This document shows, piece by piece, positions 1 to 10,727 of a stretch of DNA of 44,942 nt. The position numbers and the translations under genes were made by a program. This DNA is from Octopus sinensis (taxonomy: Eukaryota), in the NCBI RefSeq assembly GCF_006345805.1, contig NW_021834844.1, forward strand, positions 1 through 44,942, given 5' to 3'. A model generated the notes under the pieces. The model did no database searches. It saw only the letters and a program-made list of their open reading frames with translations, and had not been told where the DNA came from. How positions within the stretch are numbered: position 1 is the stretch's first letter; every line of letters begins with the position of its first letter.

Positions 1-518
1 GGGGAGAAAGGAGGAGGGAAAGGAGAGGAGAAAAAGCATCATGGTAGTGTGTACAATTTCCGTGGTGCTATTTGTGGCGGTCATGAATCATATCACGAAA
101 GAGAGAGAGAAAGAGAGAGAGAGAGGGGGGGGACGGTGAGAAGGGGAGAGAAAGGCGGAGGGAAAGGAGAGGAGAAAAAGCATCATGGTAGTGTGTACAA
201 TTTCCGTGGTGCTATTTGTGGCGGTCATGAATCATATCACGAAAGTGAGAGAGAAAGAGAGAGAGAGGGGGGGACGGTGAGAAGGGGAGAGAAAGGCGGA
301 GGGAAAGGAGAGGAGAAAAAGCATCATGGTAGTGTGTACAATTTCCGTGGAGCTATTTGTGGCGGTCATGAATCATATCACGAAAGTGAGAGAGAAAGAG
401 AGAGAGAGAGAGAGGGGGACGGTGAGAAGGGGAGAGAAAGGCGGAGGGAAAGGAGAGGAGAAAAAGCATCATGGTAGTGTGTACAATTTCCGTGGAGCTA
501 TTTGTGGCGGTCATGAAC
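1..518 (+). repeat. Minisatellite, ~141-145 bp unit, at least 3.6 copies (runs off the left edge)
   Basis: CATCATGGTAGTGTGTACAATTTCCGTGG recurs at 37, 181, 322 and 467. Each unit is ~75 bp of RT-like sequence plus a GA-rich tract of variable length. Confidence 0.95.
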
Positions 519-926
519 CTACTTCTAGAAGTGAGAAGGAAGCAGAGGAGAGATCCAGAAAACTAATGAAAACGCAAGCAAAAAATCGAGTATGCAGAGC
601 GTTCCTTGACGACGTAACAGTTATGCCTTAATCAACTGAAGGGACGCGGCTGACAATGAGCTGGCTGTAGAAGAGTGCCACGTTGTCACACCTGAAATTC
701 AATCCAGCGAAATCTCAGGATCCTATTCTAATAATCCTAAAACAAAAAGGAGTTCGACCCTTTGGGAAAAGGTACGATCATACTCCTAAACATATTGGCA
801 ATGCCGTAAGCACGAAGATCCAACCAGAGAACTGGCTGAAATCAATAGACTATAGCCAATTAATTGGAAGGTTTGAAGTATGCCGCTTCCAGTATGATTT
901 TATACCCAGACTTCAGTGGCCATTCT
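467..926 (+). pseudogene. Degenerate RT fragment of an RLE-type (HERO-like) non-LTR retrotransposon
   Basis: Translates IMVVCTISVELFVAVMN ... RAFLDDVTV ... LKFNPAKS ... WLKSIDYSQLIGRFEVCRFQYDFIPRLQWP. This matches recalled HERO-type motifs GCTISV, AFMDD, FKPAKS, PRILWP. It contains stops and a frameshift, and is cut at ~926 by the SINE array. Confidence 0.65.
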
Positions 927-2796
927 TATTTCTTTACTGCCCACAAGGGGCTACACACAGAGAGGACAAACAAGGACAGACAAAGTGATTCAGTCGATTA
1001 TATCGGACACCAGTGCGTAACTGGTACTTATTTAATCGACCCCGAAAGGATGAAGGGCAAAGTCGACCTCGGCGGAATTTGAACTCAGAAGGTAACGGCA
1101 GACGAAATACCTATTTCTTTACTACCCACTAGGGGCCAAACACAGAGAGGACAAATAAGGACAGACAGACGGATTAAGTCGATTACATCGACCCCAGTGC
1201 GTGACTGGTACTTAATTTATCGACCCCGAAAGGATGAAAGGTAAAGTCGACCTCGGCGGAATATGAACTCAGAATATAAAGACAGACGAAATACCTTTTT
1301 CTTTACTACCCGCAAGGGGCTAAACACAGAGGGGACAAACAAGGACAGACAAACGGATTAAGTCGAATATATCGATCCCAGTGCGTAACAGGTACTTAAT
1401 TTATCGACCCCGAAAGGATGAAAGGCAAAGTCGACCTCGGCGGAATTTGAACTCAGAACGTAACGACAGGCGAAATACCTATTTCTTTACTACCCACAAG
1501 GGGACAAGCAAGGACAGACAAAGGGATTAAGTCGATTATATCGATCCCAGAGCGTAACTGGTACTTAATTTATCGACCCCGTAAGAATGAAAGGCAAGGT
1601 CGACCTCGGCGGAATTTGAACTCAGAACGTAACGGCAGACGAAATACCTATTTCTTTACTACCCACAAGGGGCCAAACACAGAGGGGACAAACAAGGACA
1701 GACAAAGGGATTAAGTCGATTATATCGACCCCAGTGCGTAACTGCTACTTAATTTATCGACCTTGAGAGGATGAAAGGGAAGTCGACCTCGGCGGAATAT
1801 TAACTCAGAACGTAACGACAGGCGAAATACCTTTTTCTTTACTACCCACAAGGGACTAAACACAGAGGGGACAAACAAAGACAGACAAATGGATTAAGTC
1901 GCTTACATCGACTCCAGTGCGTAACTGGTACTTAATTTATCGACCCCGAAAGAATGAAAGGCAAAGTCGACCTCGGCGGAATTTGAACTCAGAACGTAAC
2001 GGCAGACGAAATACCTTTTTCTTTACTACCCACAAGGGGTCAAACACAGAGGGGACAGACAAGGACAGACAAAGGGATTAAGTCGCTTACATCGACTCCA
2101 GTGCGTAACTGGTACTTAATTTATCGACTCCGAAAGAATGAAAGGCAAAGTCGACCTCGGCGGAATTTGAACTCAGAACGTAACGGCAGACGAAATACCT
2201 TTTTCTTTACTACCCACTAGGGGCTAAACATAGAAGGGACAAACAAGGACAGACATAGGTATTAAGTCGATTACATCGACCTCAGTGCGTAACTGGTACT
2301 TAATTTATCGACCCCGAAAGAATGAAAGGCAAAGTCGACCTCGGCGGAATTTGAACTCAGAACGCAACGGCAGGCGAAATACCTTTTTCTTTACTACCCA
2401 CTAGGGGCTAAACATAGAAGGGACAAACAAGGACAGACATAGGTATTAAGTCGATTACATCGACCTCAGTGCGTAACTGGTACTTAATTTATCGACTCCG
2501 AAAGAATGAATGGCAAAGTCGACCTCGGCGGAATTTGAACTCAGAACGCAATGGCAGGCGAAATACCTTTTTCTTTACTACCCACAAGGGGCCAAACACA
2601 GAGGGGACAGACAAGGACAGACAAAGGGATTAAGTCGCTTACATCGACCTCAGTGCGTAACTGGTACTTAATTTATCGACCCCGAAAGAATGAAAGGCAA
2701 AGTCGACCTCGGCGTAATTTGGACTCAGAACGTAGCGACAGACGAAGTACCGGTAAGCATTTCGCCCGGCGTGCTAACGATTCTACTAGCTCGCCG
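927..2796 (-). repeat. Head-to-tail tandem array of 10 family-B SINE units (~184 bp; one 169 bp)
   Basis: GTCGACCTCGGCG at 1062, 1246, 1430, 1599, 1782, 1966, 2150, 2334, 2518 and 2702. Only the rightmost unit carries the tRNA-like head (2745-2796). Confidence 0.95.
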
Positions 2797-3227
2797 ACTA
2801 CCACTATAATACTGGCTCGAAATATCAGTTCAATTGTAACCTTTTTAATACTTTTATACTTTATAAACTCTTAACACAGTTTCGCCTATTCCGCTTCCTC
2901 ATAAATGTTTATTGTCTAACATCGCATCTGTATCCGTACTCTCTAAGTATTGCATTCCAAGGCCAGAGTCGGTATCTTCTGTACATATCAAGTGCCATTA
3001 TAGTTTAGTTTTTCTGTTGGTATTTTAATTGTTCTTGTCATTGGAATGAACTTTCCAAAACTCGACTATTTTTTCGTATATTTCAAGGGCCCTCAAACAC
3101 TCCTACTGCCAGCTGTGTTGAACATTGACGTAAACCTTACATTAATATACTTATCTACCATCTATATCCTTCTTTCTTTCTTTCTTTCTTTCTAACATTT
3201 CATTTATTTTTCTACTATCTATATATA

Positions 3228-3406
3228 GGCGCCGGAGTGGCTGTGTGGTAAGTAGCTTGCTAACCAACCATATGGTTCCGGGTTCAGTCCCACTGCGTGG
3301 CATCTTGGGCAAGTGTCTTCTGCTATAGCCCCGGGCCGACCAATGCCTTGTGAGTGGATTTGGTAGACGGAAACTGAAAGAAGCCCGTCATATATATGTA
3401 TATATG

Positions 3407-3443
<37 letters not shown>

Positions 3444-3625
3444 TGTCCCCCTAGCATTGCTTGACAACCGATGCTGGTGTGTTTACGTCCCCGTCACTTA
3501 GTAAAAAGAGACCGATAGAATAAGTACTGGGCTTACAAAGAATAAGTCCCGGGGTCGATTTGCTCGACTAAAGGCGGTGCTCCAGCATGGCCGCAGTCAC
3601 ATGACTGAAACAAGCAAAAAAAAAA
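3228..3625 (+). mobile_element. tRNA-derived SINE, family A (resembles octopus OR/OK-type SINEs; name unverified)
   Basis: Head GGAGTGGCTGTGTGGTAAG..GGTTCAGTCCC (A/B-box like), internal (TA)/(TG) tract, tail ..ATGACTGAAACAAG. Several copies occur in the window. Confidence 0.9.
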
Positions 3626-4780
3626 GACACTGAACAGTAATTTCCTTTGATTTCTTTCTAAATCCTTTTTTTCTCTACTGGCAATAGATTTTCATTTCCA
3701 GAAATTCAAAGTCTTCATCTTCTATGAGGCCAGTTAAAATTCTGCCTAGTATTGGTCAATAAATATTTGGTCTATAATTCCTGACGCCTCTTCTCTTGTG
3801 TCTGTGTTACTATTACGGTACAAATAAGACAATCAGCGATTTCACCTCCCCAATGTGCCAGGCCATTAGAGAGTAATCTCGTTAAGCAAACTAACATAAC
3901 TACATAACTGTGAATGTGTCTGTGTGTGTATGTGTGTGTGTGTGTGTATCTGTGTGTGTGTGCATGTGCGTGTATGCGTGAGTGTGAGTATAATGGGGTA
4001 CATATGTCGAACGATTGGTTAAGGAAACATTTGGAAGAAGGAACGGGTTTTCTTAAAATATAAACCTCGCATTACGAGCTAAAATTTGAACAATGAATAG
4101 CAAGCATGCTGAACACATATACATGAATGGAAAGCCATCTGCGTAGCGAGATTAAATTTGAACAACAAGCCATATGTAGACTATGCATCGTATGACCGAT
4201 GGAAGAACATGGATGAACTGTATACGAAATGAACAAATTGTATCCCTAACAGTTTTACTGAACAAAATTACATCCAGCCAACAATCTGAAATTTGAAGAC
4301 ATCATGAAATGTCTGTACACACATACAAGGGCTGTATGAAAAGTCTTGAGCCTCAAAAAAAAAAAAATCATGGTACCTTCTCATGAAGGTACAAGACTTA
4401 TATAATACCGGCTCGAAATATCAGTTCAATTGTAATCTTTTCAATGCTTATATACTTTATAAACTCTTAACACAGTTTCGCCTATTCTGCTTCAAGGCTC
4501 AAAGGCCTTGAAGGTTCAAAACTTTTCATACACCCCTATCCGTATAAGTGACAGGTTAGATCGTGCATGTATTGATCGAATGAAGTTCGCACGTTTTCGT
4601 ATCTTATATAGAAAACGTCTATATAACTCATATCCTTTTTATTAAAGCATAATCATGGGTCGATAGTAGCTAAACAAAACGAAAACGACCACCGAAGCAC
4701 ATGAACAAGCATAAATACATACAAACATACAACATACATACATACATACATACAAACATACAAACATACATACATACATA

Positions 4781-6018
4781 TCAGGTCATCCCATCAGTTC
4801 AGTCCGATTTGACCTTTTTTCAAAATTGAATGAAATTTAATAGTATTTTAGAATGTCCAAGGGAAAAAAATTATTTTTATATATTTGTGCAGATTTAAAT
4901 TAATTAAATATTATTTTACAGAATGATAGAATTAGATTTCTTTGATTAAAACCCTTTCTAACATGGAAGTATCCAACGAGTATTTAAGACACATAATGCT
5001 TTATGAGTACAAAAAGGGGAATTCTGCAGCCGAAGCGACTCGAAACATACACTCAGTTTATGGGAAATAATGCTTGAATGAAAGAACTTGCAGAAGATGT
5101 TTTGCAAAATTCAGGAGTGGAGATTTCAGCCTTGAAGATGAAGGTCGAACAGGATGTCCAGTTGAATTTTATGATAAGTTCCTTGAGGCATTACTTGAAG
5201 AAAATCCCTGCATTATCAGTTGAAGAATTGGTAATAAAGCTTAATTCAAACCATAAAACTGTTCAACGACATCTTCAACAAATTGGAAAGCTTCCTAAAC
5301 TTGGAAAATGGGTGCCTCATCAATTACCCGAAAGCAACCGCAAATTCCGAGTTGACATATGCTCTTCTCTCCATTCTCATGAACTCATTTCACCCTTTTT
5401 TGATATACTTGTGACTGGTAACGATAAATGGATCTTCTATTGAAATGTTATACGTCGTAAACAGTGGCTTGGTAAAAGGAAAAAAGCTCAACCACAACCG
5501 AGAAGGGAACTTCATGGGAAAAGGTTCTTCTCTCTATCTGGTAGGATTGCAAAGGAGTAATTCACTTCTTTGTTACCAATTAATGCAACAATCAATACTC
5601 AAGTCTACTGTCAGAAATTAGAGCGTTTCAACCAAGCTTTTAAGAAAAAAAGATTCGCTTTAATGAATCGAAAAAGAGTGATGTTTCATCAGGACAATGT
5701 GCGACCCCACACTGCAAAGATCACATCACAGAAGATTGAAGAACTTGGTTGGGAAAAAATTCCTCATCCACCTTATTCTCCCAACCTTGCTCCTTCAGAC
5801 TACCATTTGTTTCGTATTTTACCGAATCATTTGGGGGATATAACTTTCGCAAGCCAAAACAGTTTTACATTGATGGGATTAAAAAGCTTGTAAATAGATG
5901 GAAGGAAGTCATAGATAATCAGGGAAAGTACATTGAGGATTAAATTTCAATTAAATATAACACTTGATCACTTGTTTTCTTTATTCAAAATTCCGACAGA
6001 ACTAATGGGCTGACTTGA
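4781..6018 (+). mobile_element. Mariner (Tc1/mariner) DNA transposon, decayed, 1238 bp
   Basis: ~30-bp imperfect TIRs (TCAGGTCATCCCATCAGTTCAGTCCG vs TCAAGTCAGCCCATTAGTTCTGTCGG), TA duplications at 4779-80 and 6019-20, internal transposase. Confidence 0.93.
4963..5943 (+). pseudogene. Mariner D,D34D transposase pseudogene
   Basis: MEVSNEYLRHIMLYEYKKGNSAAEATRNI.., WVPHQL, TGNDKWIFY (first catalytic D changed to N), HQDNVRPH, PYSPNLAPSDYHLF. Several stops, frameshifts and a 3' deletion. Confidence 0.92.
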
Positions 6019-6244
6019 TACATACTTATGCATTTATATAAATATATACATATGTGTGTGCCTGTGTGTATGTGCAGGCGCGTGTGTGTATATTTATATC
6101 GTTGTATAGTAATTGGTATATATCGAAAAGCTGAGGGAACACGAGTATAACGAACATCGAACTACTCCTCGGAAAGGTACAGCACTTAGGGTATTCGATA
6201 TTCATGAAGTGTAAAAGTATTTCTGTAGAACAAAAATTAGTTAT

Positions 6245-6633
6245 GGATGGAAGCACTCCGTCGGTTACGACGACGAGGGTTCCGGTTGATCCGAATCAAC
6301 GGAACAGCCTGCTCGTGAAAGTAACGTGTAAGTGGCTGAGCACTCCACAGACACGTGTACCCTTAACGTAGTTCTCGGGGATATTCAGCGTGACACAAAG
6401 AGTGACAAGGCCGGCCCTTTGAAATACAGGTACAACAGAAACAGGAAGTAAGAGTGAGAGAAAGTTGTTGTGAAAGAGTACAGCAGGGATCACCACCATC
6501 CCTGCCGGAGCCTCGTGGAGCTTTAGGTGTTTTCGCTCAATAAACACTCACAACGCCCGGTCTGGGAGTCGAAACCGCGATCCTATGACCGCGAGTCCGC
6601 TGCCCTAACCACTGGGCCATTGCGCCTCCACTT
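6245..6633 (-). mobile_element. tRNA-derived SINE, family C, with 13-bp TSD
   Basis: Minus strand starts GTGGAGGCGCAATGGCCCAGTGGTTAGGG. TSD AAAAATTAGTTAT at 6232-6244 and 6634-6646. Near-identical copies at 17111 and 27705. Confidence 0.92.
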
Positions 6634-6681
6634 AAAAATTAGTTATAAGAACCGTGTAGCTCGAGAGACATACATGATGGT

Positions 6682-6915
6682 CTACTCTTTTTACTCTTTT
6701 ACTTGTTTCAGTCATTTGACTGCGGGGCCGTGCTGGAGCACCGCCTTTAGTCGAGCAAATCGACACCGGGACTTATTCTTTGTAAGCCCAGTACTTATTC
6801 TATCGGTCTCTTTTACCGAACCGCTAAGTGACGGGGACGTAGACACACCAGCATCGGTTGTCAAGCAATGCTAGGGGCACAAACACAGACACACAACACA
6901 CACACACACACACAC

Positions 6916-6948
<33 letters not shown>

Positions 6949-6955
6949 TATATAT

Positions 6956-7038
<83 letters not shown>

Positions 7039-7049
7039 ATATATATATG

Positions 7050-7088
<39 letters not shown>

Positions 7089-7240
7089 GACAGGCTTCTT
7101 TCAGTTTCCGTCTACCAAATCCACTCACAAGGCATTGGTCGGCCCGGGGCTATAGCAGAAGACACTTGCCCAAGATGCCACGCAGTGGGACTGAACCCGG
7201 AACCATGTGGTTGGTTACCACACAGCCACTCCCGCGCCTA
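6682..7240 (-). mobile_element. SINE family A with expanded internal (TA)n/(CA)n
   Basis: Reverse complement of the 3228 element; ~200 bp internal microsatellite. Confidence 0.9.
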
Positions 7241-7522
7241 TAAAGTTTGTATAAACATAACAGAAATCGAACTCGCAAACCAAACATTCATCATCAGATT
7301 GATTTCTACACTTGTTTAGAAAATGCTTCGACTATTTCGTGCAACAATATGTACTTCGATAACGAGTGTGTATATCGATGTTAAAATTCACATCGAACAT
7401 GTAGAAATTATAATGAATAAAAAAACATAAAATTCAATATATATCGAGACATATCTATAGACATATACATGCATAGTACATACTTTTGTTTTGATGTATT
7501 CGGTTGTATATATGTATATATG

Positions 7523-7757
7523 TTAAGGGCGGCGAGCTGGCAGAAACGTTAGCACGCCGGGCGAAATGCGTAGCTGTATTTCGTCCGCCGTTACGTTCTG
7601 ACTTCAAATCCCGCCGAGGTCGACTTTGCCTTTCATCTTTTCAGGGTCGATAAATTACGTACCAGTTACGCACTGGGGTCGATGTAATCGACTTAATCCG
7701 TTTGTCTGTCCTTGTTTGTCCCCTCTATGTTTAGCCCCTTGTGGGTAATAAAGAAAC
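7523..7757 (+). mobile_element. SINE family B, full-length monomer
   Basis: AAGGGCGGCGAGCTGGCAGAAACGTTAGC..GTTC..AAATCCCGCCGAGGTCGAC..CCCTTGTGGGTAATAAAGAAA; same sequence as the array unit plus head. Confidence 0.92.
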
Positions 7758-7781
7758 ATATATATGTATAAGAAAGATATA

Positions 7782-8196
7782 TTTCTTTACTGCCCACAAG
7801 GGGCTAAACATGGAGGGGACAAACAAGGACAGACAAAGGGATTAAGTCGATTATGTCGACCCCAGTGCGAAACTGGTACTTTATTTATCGACCCCGAAAG
7901 GATGAAAGGCAAAGTCGACTTCGGCGGAATTAGAACTCAGAACGTAACGACAGACGAAATACCTATTTCTTTATTACCCACAAGGGGCTAAACACAGAGG
8001 GGACAAACAAGGACAGACATAGGTATTAAGTCGATTACATCGACCCCAGTGCGCAACTGTTACTTAATTTATCGACCCCGAAAGGATGAAAGGCAAAGTC
8101 GACCTCGGCGGAATTTGAACTCAGAACGTAACGACAGACGAAATACCGGTAAGCATTTCGCCCGGCGCGCTAACGTTTCTGCCAGCTCGCCGCCTT
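7782..8196 (-). mobile_element. SINE family B dimer (full unit + headless unit) with 16-bp TSD
   Basis: Two units in tandem, flanked by GTATAAGAAAGATATA at 7766-7781 and 8197-8212. Confidence 0.9.
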
Positions 8197-9298
8197 GTAT
8201 AAGAAAGATATATAGGATGAGAGAGAGAGAGAGTGACAGAGAGATATTTAGGGATAATGAAACATGTATGCGCGTGTGTGCATTTAAATGTTAAATCATA
8301 AAAGAAAAGTAACAAAAATTGACTTACGTCTATACAGCCAGTTCCAAATATGTTTTCTGTTGTAATTGCTTCAATATTTATATATGTAACACTTATTTTT
8401 TCAGTAATTATATACTTAACACTTATTCACTCATTCTTTTTCCGCATATGATTTTTTTGTCTAAATTTACAGATGTATCCGACAAGAATAGCGAATACAT
8501 TGCCCGATTGTAGTTACTAAGTGTTTTGTTTTTCAACATGGGCGGCAGTATATCCTGTTATTTGATGATACATATTATTTCTGCAAAACACGTGTGCTAT
8601 CTGTCTCTCAACCATTAATATTTATGTAACCATTTTCATTACTTATATGACCAAAATCTCTGAATACTCCTGAAAAATGAAATGGGTATCAATATGAGAC
8701 TTGATTCCACAAACCAGCGATCCACAGAAATTGACTGAACGATCCTCTTCCATTTTCTACGCTGTTGGCTGATTACACTATCTTAAATACGAAGTTTGTT
8801 TGACGTGGTAGCGCTCATCCATCACCAGCCAACACTACGAGGCCAATGTTTGGTTTATTTAACACTTACAACATAACATCTTTCAAAAATCACTGGTAGG
8901 TCTGTACCTGCAGACATCAAAGTGTTACCCCCAAATACCTCATCTCTTATCTCAACCCTCTACAGAAAGGAAAGGTTGACACTTTACTGATGGCTGTCTC
9001 TCATAATCCAAAGAAGCCTTTTATGTAATTTCGTGCTGAACAATTTGTCTCTGTATGAATCTTGTTGATAATATAGATATCTAATTCTTTATCTTTTTCG
9101 TAACATATTAACAATTTTATCGCAGGCAGGTGATGATGATGATGGTAGTGGTGATGATGATGATGATGACAGTGGTGATGGTGTTGTTAGTGGTCGTGCG
9201 TTGTTTATTTATAGAATTAATTTATTTTATAGTGAGCGTCGCTTAAATCTTGTGCATAATTGCAACTATTTATCGGCTGTTCGCGTTAAAGATTCATA

Positions 9299-9615
9299 GT
9301 TAAGTTAAGTTAAGTTAATCTTTTGGCTCAAAAAGCAAAAAGCGAGGCCATGTAGGGAGACATGGAGTTATGTACAGGGGTGTTCATGCAAATAGTTCAG
9401 GCCATTTCTGGTCAAGAGAGACTTTGAACCGAGCGGTCGTCGGCATCTTCTCTATCTCGTCCGGCAGCTTATTCCACGGATCCGCAACCCGTACAGAAAA
9501 AGCCCCTCTCCTTCGATTGAGATGAAATCGTCGCAGATAGAGCTTTTCGGAGTGACCCAGCAGCCGACGCTTTGGAGCAAGAGTGAAGAACAGCTCTTTC
9601 GAGAGGTTACACTTT
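9299..9615 (-). mobile_element. 3' end of CR1-group LINE
   Basis: Reverse-complement homologue of 15213-15562, with (TTAAC)n tail. Confidence 0.85.
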
Positions 9616-9896
9616 CAAGTTTTAATTTAACTAAACACTGGATTCGGATGAAACAGGATTGCAACCTGCCTGAGAAAGGATGTGCAAATACAGAAAACGG
9701 ATCAGTGAAGAACAGCGAGGAAATATGATGAAAACAGGAAAACAACAACTCCCGCGGAGATACGAGGAAATGTATGTAGACACACAACAAGAATATTTAA
9801 AGAATACTCATTTATGAAAACAATTGCAGCGTGGAAGGTGTTTGTAAGCCATTTAAGAAACACACAAAAGCCGTTCGATTCACTTCAACATTTAAA

Positions 9897-9947
9897 TTTG
9901 TCAAAATATTTTCGTCGCTTTAAGACCGTGACCTGTTCACTGACAAA
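9897..9947 (-). ncRNA. Type I hammerhead-like ribozyme with G3/C8 core (GUGAACA)
   Basis: Minus strand: TTTGTCA-GTGAACA-G-GTCAC-ggtcttaaa-GCGAC-GAA-AATATT-T-TGACAAA. Stem I is 7 bp, stem II is 4/5 bp, stem III is the palindrome AATATT. Confidence 0.65.
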
Positions 9948-9967
9948 AATCCGTGATGCATCCGTGC

Positions 9968-10014
9968 TGTCAGTGAACGGTCACGGTCTTAAGCGACGAA
10001 AATATTTTGACAAA
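9968..10014 (+). ncRNA. Second copy of the G3/C8 hammerhead-like motif (lacks A9; probably inactive)
   Basis: TGTCA-GTGAAC-GGTCAC-ggtcttaa-GCGAC-GAAAATATTT-TGACAAA. Confidence 0.5.
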
Positions 10015-10469
10015 TTAACTTAAATGTTGAAGTGAATCGAACGGCTTTTGTGTGTTTCTAAATGGCTTATAAACACCTTCCACGCTGCAATTGTTTTCGT
10101 TCCAGCACACGATCTCAGATCAAATCACTTGCTATGCAAGTACATCTCCGTAAACTAATTTATGAATGCTATGAAAACGCAAATCATCCTTTCTTTCTTA
10201 AATAGGTGCTTTTAATGCTTTCATTTCTACGGAATTTCCTCCGGTCCTGCTAGCAACAATGATAGTAATCCTTTCTACATTAGGTTCAAGGCCTGAAAAT
10301 GTGGTGTAGGGAGCTGGTACTTATTTATCAATATCGAAAGGATGACGGGTAAAGTCGACCTCGGCGGAATTTGAACTCAGAAGGATGCGAATGGCGAAAT
10401 ACTCTTAAGCATTTCGTCCAGCGCGCTAAATATGGACGAAATGCAGTTTAGTGATTTGCACGCTCAGCA

Positions 10470-10505
10470 ATAATATAATAATAATAATAATAATAATAAT
10501 TATGA

Positions 10506-10539
<34 letters not shown>

Positions 10540-10556
10540 GGTGGTGGTGATGGCGG

Positions 10557-10605
<49 letters not shown>

Positions 10606-10630
10606 GGTGGTGATGATGATGATGATGATG

Positions 10631-10673
<43 letters not shown>

Positions 10674-10727
10674 TAATAATAATAATATTATTAATAATAA
10701 TAATAATAATAATCATAATAATAATAA
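10470..10727 (+). repeat. Compound trinucleotide microsatellite (ATA)n-(ATG)n-(GTG)n-(ATG)n-(GTG)n-(ATG)n-(ATA)n
   Basis: Read directly from the sequence. Confidence 0.95.

Larger units (their letters stand above)
9817..10099. repeat. Long inverted repeat (~128-bp arms, ~22-nt loop), probably two inverted Penelope pLTR fragments
   Basis: 9817-9945 is the near-perfect reverse complement of 9968-10099; each arm contains a hammerhead-like motif. Confidence 0.9.

Noticed and set aside
927-2796. CRISPR-like array
   Set aside because: Units are contiguous ~184-bp SINE copies with no unique spacers; no cas genes; eukaryotic context.
6560-6633. SINE heads as genuine tRNA genes
   Set aside because: They have A/B-box-like motifs but no complete cloverleaf or acceptor stem, and continue into SINE bodies with TSDs.
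8870-8907. 38-nt minus-strand mini-exon (ctgcag/gtaagt; TDLPVIFERCYV)
   Set aside because: Good splice signals, but no recognisable homology or partner exons; expected by chance at this scale.
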